From the NCBI GenBank assembly GCA_964349645.1, contig CAYGHK010000001.1, forward strand, positions 4,235 to 36,899: a DNA stretch of 32,665 bases. The letters run 5' to 3'. The notes below the pieces were generated by a model. The model searched no databases. It worked only from the letters and a program-made list of their open reading frames with translations, and was not told the DNA's origin. Source of the DNA: an uncultured Candidatus Saccharibacteria bacterium (GTDB lineage: Bacteria; Patescibacteriota; Saccharimonadia; Saccharimonadales; Saccharimonadaceae). Shown in pieces: positions 1-8,576 of the stretch; within the stretch, counting starts at the first letter, position 1, and each line of letters opens with the position of its first letter. A program made the translations under genes and the position numbers.

Positions 1-1266
1 AGTGCCAGCGCCAATATTTAGATAATCACTGTAGTTTCTCAGCCACAAGCTAGATCCGTATATCAATATCGTCATTAAAATTAGATAGCGAAACCTACGC
101 AAAGGAAGTTTGCCCCAAGAAAATGCGAGAACAATAATAGAAATTGCAAAAATTGCCCAACCAGCATATCTTAAAACAGGATTGCCGGAAGAAGCCTGCA
201 TGGTCGTTGGCAAATATCGTATTTCTAGTGGTATATTTTTGTCATACACAAACGAAGCAGTCACAAATAAATCATTAAATATATGAGGGGCCCAGTACGA
301 AGTTGTATATTCTATTGGATCATCTCTTTGAAGGTTCTTTGCGTCATTACTTTGCTTCCATGAAGTGTCTCTTTTCCAAACCGTGTACTCGACACAACTT
401 TCTTCGCTGTGTATACGGTCACACTTTGGCTCAAGCGCACGATATTGAACTATATTTGTACCGTAACGCTCCATAAACATACCTAAAGAAAATATAAAAA
501 ACAATGATGCAATTATAAGTTGTACTTTTGGAAGTTTTTTTGCTTGTTTTATTAAAACCTCGGAAGTTTTGGTTTTGTGTTTTCTCCATATAATTATGAA
601 AACAAACAGTACACATGAGAATGCAATAGGTAGTGTGGTGAATTTAACGAGTGAGGCGAGACTGGAGGTTGATAGAAGTAAAATTATCCAAAATATTTGC
701 TTGTTGCTTTTTTCAATACTTCGAATCGTTAGGTAAAATATTGTGGCAGTTAGTAAAAAAGCCAGCGAGTCATAGTTTATTTGACTAAGTGCAAAAGGAA
801 CTAGTGGAATGAGAGTAAAAAAAGCTATGGAAAGGTGGGTTAGACTTTTTGTTAGCCCACTTCTTAGTAAAAAAGCCCGAAACACAAACAAACCGGCGGC
901 AACAAAGCCAATACATATTAGTCGCATCAGTATAACGGTTAGATGAATATCGTTTGTAAATTGAGAAATGATAGTATAGGGCACACTCATTACATAATGA
1001 AATAGGTAAGATCCGTAGCGAGTGATATCCCCATGAAATGACGCTTCTGGTGGCTGTATTGAAATGAACGGGCTTATTTGCCGAGAATATATATCAATAA
1101 TCCCCAAATGATATTCCTCATCAAAAATCATTGGGTAAACATTAGACAATGCTATCCAGATAGTTTGAAATAAAAAGAAAGCTACTACAAAGCTAAAAAA
1201 CCAATTACTGCCTAGTACTTTTGCTATTAATGTGGTTTTTCGTTTTGGCGTTACTTGTGTAGGCAT
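1..1266 (-). CDS. Polytopic membrane protein, C-terminus cut by the window edge. GT-C-type glycosyltransferase-like (ArnT/PMT/DUF2142-like); function tentative.
   Basis: Absent from the ORF track because it has no stop codon in the window. Manual minus-strand translation from the ATG at 1266 stays open to base 1 (422 codons: MPTQVTPKRKTTLIAKVLGSNWFFSFVVAFFLFQTIWIALSNVYPMIFDEEYHLGIIDIY...). It has many hydrophobic helices. The acidic DEEYH motif in the first loop after TM1 resembles GT-C enzymes. The start lies 2 nt after the jag stop, so it belongs to the same operon. Confidence 0.6.
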   Translation of the reverse strand, partial: MPTQVTPKRKTTLIAKVLGSNWFFSFVVAFFLFQTIWIALSNVYPMIFDEEYHLGIIDIYSRQISPFISIQPPEASFHGDITRYGSYLFHYVMSVPYTIISQFTNDIHLTVILMRLICIGFVAAGLFVFRAFLLRSGLTKSLTHLSIAFFTLIPLVPFALSQINYDSLAFLLTATIFYLTIRSIEKSNKQIFWIILLLSTSSLASLVKFTTLPIAFSCVLFVFIIIWRKHKTKTSEVLIKQAKKLPKVQLIIASLFFIFSLGMFMERYGTNIVQYRALEPKCDRIHSEESCVEYTVWKRDTSWKQSNDAKNLQRDDPIEYTTSYWAPHIFNDLFVTASFVYDKNIPLEIRYLPTTMQASSGNPVLRYAGWAIFAISIIVLAFSWGKLPLRRFRYLILMTILIYGSSLWLRNYSDYLNIGAGT

Positions 1267-1268
1267 AA

Positions 1269-1727
1269 TTATTTTTTACTAATAACAATATGACGATCAC
1301 GACCCTCGCCCTCAGAGTGAGTTTGTAGGTCTGGATATTCACTAACAGCCTGGTGGACAACTCTTCTATCGGCTGCGTTCATTGGTTCTAGGCTGTGGGA
1401 CTCACCACTTTTTTGAATGGCTTCTAGGGTGTCCTTGATTTTACTCACTAAACGATCTGCTCGTTGTGCTTTGTAGTCAGCGATATCAATATTTATACGA
1501 CTAAGTAGCGCGTCGTGATTTCTAAGTGTCGTAGATACTAAAAATTGAAGACTACGCAGAGTGTCTCCATTATGCCCTATTAAAAAACCGTTGAGGTGGG
1601 TGCTCGGTACTTTTAGCTCAATAACATCTTCATCGGCAGACGCTTTAACTTCAATGTTAAGCCCAAAAAAAGAAAGTGTGTCTTCAAGATACTTCTTGGC
1701 GTATGTGATTGACTCTTCCCTGTCCAT
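1269..1727 (-). CDS. jag: Jag/KhpB-type RNA-binding protein (KH plus R3H domains)
   Basis: 152-aa ORF with a KH-like GxxG segment (GFLIGHNGDTLRSLQFL) and a C-terminal R3H-like segment (MNAADRRVVHQAVSEYPDLQTHSEGEGRDRHIVI). It lies immediately downstream of yidC, as in the conserved rpmH-rnpA-yidC-jag arrangement. Confidence 0.8.
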   Translation of the reverse strand: MDREESITYAKKYLEDTLSFFGLNIEVKASADEDVIELKVPSTHLNGFLIGHNGDTLRSLQFLVSTTLRNHDALLSRINIDIADYKAQRADRLVSKIKDTLEAIQKSGESHSLEPMNAADRRVVHQAVSEYPDLQTHSEGEGRDRHIVISKK

Positions 1728-1730
1728 ATA

Positions 1731-2642
1731 TCACCTCTTCTTTCTTTTCTTTTTCTTTTTTGTAGAGATGGTTTTTTTGGTAACTATTTTTGCTTCTTTG
1801 ATTTTTTTTACGTTTTTTTGGTCAGCTAGTTGAATCATTTCTTCAGTGTCTTGTTTTAGTACAAAGTATTGTTGAATCACGGCCACTATGCTTGAGGCAG
1901 CATAATAAAGAACAACGGCACCAGGTAGGTATAGTGCAAATACAAGCAAAAGTATTGGCATAAAGGTCATCATTTTACTACTCATCGCAGCGCTTATTTC
2001 AGCTTGATCTGCCTCTTTACCACTTGATGCATCTTTTAATATATCTCTGAGCTTCTTTTGAGAAGAGTCTGATGGCATAAGTTGTTTGGTTTGAATATAT
2101 TGAAACGCTGCGGCTAGAATAGCGAGGAAAATAAGCGCTATATGTGGGCCTCCGTTGCCAAGTGCTGTTTGTGTTAGGTTAAATATTCCAAATAATGTTT
2201 CGTTAAAATTGTGACTGCCGCTATATATATCATTTACTATTTGAATATTTTTTGTGAATTCATATAGATATTTCTCTATCTGGTTCCCGTGCTGAGTAAT
2301 GATGGTTATTACTTGAAATATACCAATAAATATTGGCAGTTGGATTATTAATACGCCTATTGAACTGAAGGGTTTTATACCCCTCTCTCTATAAAGCTCC
2401 ATCATTAACTTTGCTTCGAGTTGCTTATCACCTTTTGTGCGGGCTTTTATTTTTTTGAGTTCCGGTTGAACTTTGCGCATTAGCTTGGTTTGATGAAGCT
2501 GTTTCTTTATAAGCGGCCACAAAATTATACGCACTAAAATTGTGAATAAAATAATACTAATACCAAAATCATGCACTAATGCGTAAATAAGAAGTAGCGC
2601 ATTAAAAATTGGCTGCACGACTAAAATATCGAAAATATTCAT
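1731..2642 (-). CDS. yidC: Membrane protein insertase YidC (short, monoderm type)
   Basis: 303 aa with the motif FGISIILFTILVRIILWPL, several TM helices and a lysine-rich C-terminal tail (KKKKKRKKR) typical of ribosome-binding YidC tails. Position is between rnpA and jag. Confidence 0.9.
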   Translation of the reverse strand: MNIFDILVVQPIFNALLLIYALVHDFGISIILFTILVRIILWPLIKKQLHQTKLMRKVQPELKKIKARTKGDKQLEAKLMMELYRERGIKPFSSIGVLIIQLPIFIGIFQVITIITQHGNQIEKYLYEFTKNIQIVNDIYSGSHNFNETLFGIFNLTQTALGNGGPHIALIFLAILAAAFQYIQTKQLMPSDSSQKKLRDILKDASSGKEADQAEISAAMSSKMMTFMPILLLVFALYLPGAVVLYYAASSIVAVIQQYFVLKQDTEEMIQLADQKNVKKIKEAKIVTKKTISTKKKKKRKKR

Positions 2643-2681
2643 TCTTATTGGGTCTCCCTGTGTTTAAGTCTAAGGTCTATT

Positions 2682-3029
2682 CTAACTGATTAGCTTTTCT
2701 TTTACTAGCAGTTCACGGAGTTGTTTTTCCAATATATCTTTTTCGAGCGTAATAACTTCTGGTGTAAAAACTGTCACTACAAAATCGCTTGTAGTTTTAA
2801 TTTCTGGAAGCAATGCCCGGATTATTTCGTATATTCGCCTTCGCACTCGATTTCTTTTAACTGCAGATTTGTGTACTTTTTTGCTAACTACAATTGCAAA
2901 CCTAGAGTGGACTCTCTTACTGTTTTCTGTTTGATGTAGGCCTAAGTCTCGTGTTCTAGATTTTGACCCATGAGTATAGACAAAACGCAAACTACCATGA
3001 CCGTGGAAACGATTTCGGTGAGATAACAT
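2682..3029 (-). CDS. rnpA: Ribonuclease P protein component
   Basis: 115-aa basic protein containing FAIVVSKKVHKSAVKRNRVRRRIYEIIR, typical of RnpA. It sits directly downstream of rpmH. Confidence 0.88.
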   Translation of the reverse strand: MLSHRNRFHGHGSLRFVYTHGSKSRTRDLGLHQTENSKRVHSRFAIVVSKKVHKSAVKRNRVRRRIYEIIRALLPEIKTTSDFVVTVFTPEVITLEKDILEKQLRELLVKEKLIS

Positions 3030-3045
3030 ATTAAATATTATAGCT

Positions 3046-3183
3046 CTATACGCTAAGTTTGGCGCGTTTTTTGAGTCGGCGTGCTTTTAATACAAGACGT
3101 CCAGCTTTTGAGGCCATGCGTGCTCGAAAACCGTGCTTACGTGCGCGGCGTCGGGTTTTTGGTTGATGGGTTCTCTTTGGCAT
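3046..3183 (-). CDS. rpmH: 50S ribosomal protein L34
   Basis: Below the ORF-track length cutoff. Manual minus-strand translation from the ATG at 3183 gives [45 protein letters not shown] followed by TAG (3046-3048). This is a canonical L34 sequence in the canonical position. Confidence 0.93.
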   Translation of the reverse strand: MPKRTHQPKTRRRARKHGFRARMASKAGRLVLKARRLKKRAKLSV

Positions 3184-3431
3184 ATCCAATTACTTTATCA
3201 TATATAGGGTGAAAAACAAATATTTGTTTGCAATTTGTTGATTTTTATTTATACGATAGTTTTTCTTTTGCACATATACTAAATATGTTTCCACAGTTTT
3301 TAAAGTGTTAACTTAGACATGTGTAAAAACTCACCCCAAGCGAAGAGATGTGTGTGTCAAAGTACTTTTGGTTGTGGAAAACCCTTGGTTTGGTTTATAG
3401 TTATTGGTAGCTATTACAAAAAAATGCGACG
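3184..3431. promoter_or_regulatory. rpmH-dnaA divergent intergenic region; candidate oriC half with DnaA-box-like motifs and an AT-rich stretch
   Basis: TGTGTAAAA at 3320-3328 is the reverse complement of TTTTACACA. TGTGGAAAA at 3373-3381 has one mismatch to the TGTGGATAA consensus. GTTTCCACA lies at 3287-3295. An AT-rich tract spans 3215-3275. Confidence 0.5.
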
Positions 3432-4808
3432 GTGGTGGAAATTAGGAGGACAGTGAACCAAGTTTTATGGCAAACAGTGCTAGGTGAGATTGAGGTCTCA
3501 GTTTCTAAGGCAGCATATGCTGCGTGGTTTAAAGAAACTGAACTAAGTGACGACTCGACTGAAACTGATCTTATTATTGGAGTAAAAAATATTTTTACCA
3601 AGCAGCAGCTTGAGTCTAAATTTGACCCACAAATACGCCAAATACTTGCTAAAAATAAAATTAACCCAAAGTCGATTACCTATAGAATAAATTCAGATAA
3701 AAAAATCTCTAGGAACTATGAAAATTCTTATGTAGATTTTAATCAATCAAGAAAAAAATCAGATAACCACAGTAGGCCAATAGAAGAAAATATTTTCAAT
3801 CCAAAATACACTTTGGAATCTTTTGTTGTTGGTAGTAACAATGACCTTGCCTACACAGTGGCTCAGGCAATTGTCGAAAAGCCTGGTGAAAGATACAACC
3901 CTATGTTTGTATATGGAAGTGTTGGTTTGGGTAAAACCCACCTTATCCAGGCTATTGGTAGCGAGATTTGCAAAAGGCGCCCCGAACTAAATGTTCACTA
4001 CACCACCACCGAGGCGTTTATTGGTAAGTTTATGTCTTACCTTAGGAGTAAAAATAAACGAGATAATTTTTCTGACCGTTATAAAAATATTGATGTACTT
4101 ATAATGGATGATATCCAATTTATCGCAGGAAAAGAAACAACTGAAGAAGCTTTTTTTCATATCTTCAACTATCTACACCAAAATAATAAGCAGATATTAA
4201 TAAGCTCCGATAAGCCACCAAAAAGAATCTCAAGTCTAACCGATAGGTTGCGTAGTCGTCTTGAGTGGGGTATGGCAATTGATATTCATATGCCAGATTT
4301 TGAAACAAGATGCGCAATATTACAAAGTAAAGCTGCGCAGTCTGGTTTTACATTAGAGCAAGATACTATTGAGTTTATTGCTAGTAACATAAAATCAAAC
4401 ATCCGCGAGTTAGAGGGTGCTTTAAATCAGCTACTTGCATTTTGTGAGATGAGGGGTATAAATCCTGATAAACAAATAGCGGAGGGAATACTTGGTAATG
4501 TATCTAGAGCGAGACCAAAACACCTTACACCAAAACAAATAATAAGTAAGGTTTCAAACCATTTTAATGTAGATGTTAGCGATATTATAAGTCCGAAGCG
4601 TGATCGTCATATTATGATACCTCGTCAAATAGCTATGTATTTAATGAGAAGTGAGTTACACACTAGTTTTCCTAGTATTGCTAGGGAACTTGGTAGAAAA
4701 GACCACACAACAGCAATACATTCTGTAGAAAAAATTACTAAAGCGGTAAAACTTGATTATTCTATTCGTGAAAACGTTGCTGAAATTCGGGAGAAACTGT
4801 ATGTGTAG
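3432..4808 (+). CDS. dnaA: Chromosomal replication initiator protein DnaA
   Basis: 458 aa. N-terminus is LWQTVLGEIEVSVSKAAYAAWF. AAA+ Walker A is GSVGLGKTHL and Walker B is LIMDDIQF. The C-terminal DNA-binding helix is DHTTAIHSVEKI. The start is ambiguous: GTG at 3432 in the track, or GTG at 3453 (MNQVLWQ...) only 3 nt after AGGAGG. Confidence 0.95.
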   Translation: MVEIRRTVNQVLWQTVLGEIEVSVSKAAYAAWFKETELSDDSTETDLIIGVKNIFTKQQLESKFDPQIRQILAKNKINPKSITYRINSDKKISRNYENSYVDFNQSRKKSDNHSRPIEENIFNPKYTLESFVVGSNNDLAYTVAQAIVEKPGERYNPMFVYGSVGLGKTHLIQAIGSEICKRRPELNVHYTTTEAFIGKFMSYLRSKNKRDNFSDRYKNIDVLIMDDIQFIAGKETTEEAFFHIFNYLHQNNKQILISSDKPPKRISSLTDRLRSRLEWGMAIDIHMPDFETRCAILQSKAAQSGFTLEQDTIEFIASNIKSNIRELEGALNQLLAFCEMRGINPDKQIAEGILGNVSRARPKHLTPKQIISKVSNHFNVDVSDIISPKRDRHIMIPRQIAMYLMRSELHTSFPSIARELGRKDHTTAIHSVEKITKAVKLDYSIRENVAEIREKLYV

Positions 4809-5048
4809 TGTGTGTGTAAAAAGTCAGGAAAAAGACGTTGTAAGTCGTAGTAAAAGTGATGGTTTTTACTATGTTGTTTTTTTAAAAAATAGTTATTTTC
4901 AGTTTTTACACAAAAAAATACTAAAAGAAAACACCTTTTTTACACACATATTATATGGGTTTTCACATCAGTTATTTTCAGTTTTTACACACAATACACA
5001 CCAACTACTATCACCACTAAGTTTAAATAAATAATAAGGAAAGAGAAT
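4809..5048. promoter_or_regulatory. dnaA-dnaN intergenic region; candidate oriC with repeated TTTTACACA 9-mers
   Basis: Exact TTTTACACA occurs at 4904-4912, 4938-4946 and 4983-4991 on the plus strand, and inverted (TGTGTAAAA) at 4813-4821. The motif has one mismatch to the TTATNCACA DnaA-box consensus. The surrounding sequence is AT-rich. Confidence 0.55.
4891..4991 (+). repeat. 22-bp perfect direct repeat AGTTATTTTCAGTTTTTACACA (4891-4912 and 4970-4991)
   Basis: Read directly from the sequence. Each copy ends in the TTTTACACA box. Confidence 0.9.
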
Positions 5049-6158
5049 ATGAAGCTTACTGTCACACAAGAAAATTTAAACAAAGCACTTTCGATTGTTT
5101 CTCGTATTGCGAGTAGTAGAACACCACTACCAATTCTTAGTAATATACTTATAAAAACAGAAAACAACAGACTTTTACTTGCAGCAACGAACTTAGAGAT
5201 AGCAATAACTGTTTATATTGGAACAAAAATTGAAAACAAAGGAAGTTTAACCATACCTGCAAAACTCCTAAGCGAGTTCGTAAGCAATCTACCAAAAAAT
5301 AATATTGAAATTGAAAACAAAAACCTCCACATAAACATAAAATCAGGAATGTATGAATCTACAATAAATGGATTACCAGCAGATGAATTTCCTAACCTAC
5401 CTGTTATAAATGAAAAAACAGCGTCTATTTTTAAAATACCAACCAACACCCTAAAACAAGCAATTTCACAAACCATAATAGCTGCTAGTCATGACTCTAC
5501 CCGACCAATGTTAACAGGTGGTTACTTACATACAATAGATGGTGAGCTTTATATTGCAGCTACAGATGGTTATAGATTAGCTGAAAGACACATTTCTGAT
5601 ACTAAAATAAAATCTAAAATCGACGCAATTATACCGGTTTCATCACTTCAAGAAGTGGTTCGTATAATACCTGAAGACCAGGCTGAAATAGAAGTTTTAA
5701 TTGATGAAAATCAAGTACGATTTAGAGTTAATGACGTAGAATTAACAAGTAAACTTATAGACGCTACTTTTGTAGACTATCGACAACTTATACCAAATAC
5801 ACAAGATATAAGGGTTGTAATAAATAAAGAAGAATTTACAAGAATTGTAAAAGTAGCTAGTTTATTTGCTCGTGAAAGTGCTGGCGGTATAACAATTAAA
5901 ACTGATTCAAAAGATAAAACAATCTCCATACATTCAGTTGCATCACAGCTCGGAGAAAACACATCAACTGCTAATGGCGATATTATTGGCGACGGAACTA
6001 TAACCCTCAACTCCCGCTACCTACTCGAAGCACTCAGTTGTATAGACGGTGAAACAGTTGAATTTAGTTTTAATGGAAAACTTTCTCCAAGTGTTCTGGC
6101 TGATGCAGATGTAAAAAAATCAAACTACCAACACATCATAATGCCGCTAAAAAGTTAA
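5049..6158 (+). CDS. dnaN: DNA polymerase III beta sliding clamp
   Basis: 369 aa starting MKLTVTQENLNKALSIVSRIAS...LPILSNILIKTENNRLLLAATNLE and ending in IMPLK, both typical of DnaN. An RBS (AAGGAAAGAG) lies upstream. Position is after dnaA. Confidence 0.95.
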   Translation: MKLTVTQENLNKALSIVSRIASSRTPLPILSNILIKTENNRLLLAATNLEIAITVYIGTKIENKGSLTIPAKLLSEFVSNLPKNNIEIENKNLHINIKSGMYESTINGLPADEFPNLPVINEKTASIFKIPTNTLKQAISQTIIAASHDSTRPMLTGGYLHTIDGELYIAATDGYRLAERHISDTKIKSKIDAIIPVSSLQEVVRIIPEDQAEIEVLIDENQVRFRVNDVELTSKLIDATFVDYRQLIPNTQDIRVVINKEEFTRIVKVASLFARESAGGITIKTDSKDKTISIHSVASQLGENTSTANGDIIGDGTITLNSRYLLEALSCIDGETVEFSFNGKLSPSVLADADVKKSNYQHIIMPLKS

Positions 6159-6164
6159 GATACA

Positions 6165-7199
6165 ATGATAAATCGTATAAGTTTAAAAAACTTTCGATCA
6201 TATAGTAGTGCAACTTTTGATTTTACAAACAAAACAAACATTATAATAGGTAAAAATGGTGTTGGAAAAACCAACATACTAGAAGCTATTAATATACTAG
6301 CCACAGGTTCATCTTTTAGGGTGAGCGATAAGGATGTAATTCAGTATGAAAAAAATAAATCAAAAATAACCGGTACTTTCGATGAAAAAAAACGAGAACT
6401 AATAATAAACGACGATAAAACAAAATATTTTAATATACAAAATACTAAAGTAAAAAGAATAAATTTTACTCAAAAAATACCAACAGTATTATTCGAACCA
6501 GACTTTATGCAAATACTCTCAAGGGGGCCGGATAAAAGAAGAGATTATTTCGACACCATACTTTCAAAAATACACCCAAACTATCAAACCATATTAAATA
6601 AATATAAAAGATCACTTTCTCAAAGAAATAACTTACTAAAAAAACAACAATTTTCAAAAGATGAGATTTTTGTATGGAATATAAAAATAAGTGAAATTGG
6701 TGGACAAATAGCACAGTTTAGAATGGATTTAGTTAGTGAAATAAACAAAACAATTAGCGAAATTTACAGCCAAATAGCTGGTAGTGAATCAAAAATAGAG
6801 ATAATTTATATGACAAAAATTAACAAACATAACTATACAGATAGTCTGCTTAAAAATTTGGAAAAAAATATAGACACAGATAAGCTGATGGGTTTTACAT
6901 CATTTGGCGTACATAGAGATGATTTTTATTTTTTAATAAACAATAAAGATGCCAATACATCCGCTTCAAGGGGTGAAGGGAGAACTATTCTTTTAGCTTT
7001 GAAAATCATTGAAACTAAACTGGTGGAAAAAGCGCGAGGGGTGCCACCAATACTCTTACTTGATGACGTTTTTTCAGAACTTGATACTGACAGACAAAGT
7101 AAGCTTGTAGATTTTTTGTATAACAATCAAGTTATAATCACTACAACCACAATAACCCCACTTATGAAGGGTGTGAGCGGTAAAATTATTGAACTATAA
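6165..7199 (+). CDS. recF: DNA replication and repair protein RecF
   Basis: 344 aa. N-terminus is ISLKNFRSY with Walker A GKNGVGKTNILEAI. The SMC-like signature is ASRGEGRTILLALK and Walker B is ILLLDDVFSELD. Confidence 0.92.
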   Translation: MINRISLKNFRSYSSATFDFTNKTNIIIGKNGVGKTNILEAINILATGSSFRVSDKDVIQYEKNKSKITGTFDEKKRELIINDDKTKYFNIQNTKVKRINFTQKIPTVLFEPDFMQILSRGPDKRRDYFDTILSKIHPNYQTILNKYKRSLSQRNNLLKKQQFSKDEIFVWNIKISEIGGQIAQFRMDLVSEINKTISEIYSQIAGSESKIEIIYMTKINKHNYTDSLLKNLEKNIDTDKLMGFTSFGVHRDDFYFLINNKDANTSASRGEGRTILLALKIIETKLVEKARGVPPILLLDDVFSELDTDRQSKLVDFLYNNQVIITTTTITPLMKGVSGKIIEL

Positions 7200-7201
7200 A
7201 A

Positions 7202-7912
7202 CTATTGTCCCCCAACTCCATGTGAAGTGTCGGGATTTGTGAATTTTTCTAACATTTTTGTTTTTTGAAAATTATTTACATCAACTAAAACATCAACAGG
7301 AATCCTAGGGAACACATACTTACTAAGAGATATGCTCGGAGGGTCCGTTTTAATAATCCAATTATTATCTTCTTTATTTAAAACTATACGAAGGGTGTCT
7401 GAATTTGAATAATCATCACCTATATATTTTAAAGTCGTACCATACCAATCGCCAAAGTGGTATAGTTTGCCCGACTGTATCTCATATAAATTTATTTTAT
7501 TTGAATACTTACTTTTTATTACGTTATGTATTGAGCCCTCCTGATCACCAAGTAGCTGAGAGAGTTTGTCTTGTGAATAGTAGGGGTTAATTTTTATAAC
7601 ATCCCTCTCACTGGGCTTAAAGGATATCAGTCCATCATCATAATCCGTATTACCAGAGTAAGTTATCTGGTAAGTTTCAGATTTATCCAAGCGAATTGAT
7701 TCACCGGATTTTTTTACTTCCGCAACTTTGTTATCTCCATCAAGGTGTTCTCCACTAAATATATGTATATTTACATCCTTGCTATTTTTGTAGTAAACAG
7801 CCACTTCTTTTGTGGACGATATATAACCAATAAACACCACCATAGATGTAATTACTACCACCACCACAATCATGGCTATTATGTATTTTTTATTACTTCG
7901 TATAATATCCAT
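7202..7912 (-). CDS. Hypothetical membrane-anchored protein, last gene of the T4SS-like minus-strand operon
   Basis: The ORF track starts it at GTG 7915. An ATG at 7912 overlaps the upstream TGA by 1 nt (TGATG). It has one N-terminal TM helix (YIIAMIVVVVVITSMVVFIGYI) followed by a soluble domain of about 200 aa. I recognise no motif. Confidence 0.6.
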   Translation of the reverse strand: MDIIRSNKKYIIAMIVVVVVITSMVVFIGYISSTKEVAVYYKNSKDVNIHIFSGEHLDGDNKVAEVKKSGESIRLDKSETYQITYSGNTDYDDGLISFKPSERDVIKINPYYSQDKLSQLLGDQEGSIHNVIKSKYSNKINLYEIQSGKLYHFGDWYGTTLKYIGDDYSNSDTLRIVLNKEDNNWIIKTDPPSISLSKYVFPRIPVDVLVDVNNFQKTKMLEKFTNPDTSHGVGGQ

Positions 7913-8565
7913 CACTCGTGCCTTCCTTCGTTGATATCTTCTGGTAGTAGAGGATTTTCAAAATCATCAAAACGAATATCGATATTAGTTGGATCATAAC
8001 CTTGGTTTTTAATCCAAGAAATTGCTACTTCCCTACCGAGTGGCGTGCTGTCGGTTATTTCTATAAAACTTCCATAAAGTCTATCTGGGGTAGTACCATA
8101 ATCTATTGTGAACGGTCCCTCTACATCTGTATATGGTAGCTCATTTATTATTGGAGTATTATCTTCTATATATCCACCAAGCAAGCTGGACATCTTTGCA
8201 CCTATAGCTTCTCTCTTGAGTTGAATTTCTGGATTTTTACTCAACCAATTTATTGCCTCATCAGACTTAGGATCTGGTGTTAAGCCAATTTCTAAATCTT
8301 CATCATTTACTTGCAAAACAACTTCATTATCTGTGAAGCCGATTTTTTTTGCTACAAACTTGTGCTTACCTGGCTTTAAGTAGTTGTCTCCAGAATTGGA
8401 TTTTTTACCATCTATATATAGGCTTGAATCATTAGGAATTAATTCTACATTTACTTTAGTTTTTCCAATTCTTGAAATAGCTATGGTGAGAAAAAAAGTA
8501 ATTAAAAGTGCAAAAAACACTAAGATGATAATCCATCTTTGCCTAAACGATAATTTTTCTAACAT
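7912..8565 (-). CDS. Hypothetical membrane-anchored protein with a PEGA-like beta domain
   Basis: 217 aa with the N-terminal TM helix WIIILVFFALLITFFLTIAI. The segment VELIPNDSSLYIDGKKSNSGDNYLKPGKHKFVAKKIGFTDNEVVLQV fits the PEGA-domain pattern. Confidence 0.6.
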   Translation of the reverse strand: MLEKLSFRQRWIIILVFFALLITFFLTIAISRIGKTKVNVELIPNDSSLYIDGKKSNSGDNYLKPGKHKFVAKKIGFTDNEVVLQVNDEDLEIGLTPDPKSDEAINWLSKNPEIQLKREAIGAKMSSLLGGYIEDNTPIINELPYTDVEGPFTIDYGTTPDRLYGSFIEITDSTPLGREVAISWIKNQGYDPTNIDIRFDDFENPLLPEDINEGRHE

Positions 8566-8576
8566 CTCATATTCTC

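Noticed and set aside
431-616. 61-aa minus-strand ORF listed in the track
   Set aside because: It lies in a different frame inside the 1266-nt open frame of the edge-truncated membrane protein, and its composition is low-complexity. It is a spurious overlap.
1740-1800. Homopolymer-rich A/T tract as a programmed frameshift or phase-variation site
   Set aside because: It simply encodes the lysine-rich C-terminal tail of YidC, and the reading frame continues intact to a normal stop.
4753-5034. 93-aa plus-strand ORF covering the dnaA-dnaN intergenic region
   Set aside because: It overlaps the dnaA 3' end and runs through the repeat and DnaA-box region. It has no RBS, and its sequence is dictated by AT-rich repeats. 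An origin or regulatory region explains it better.
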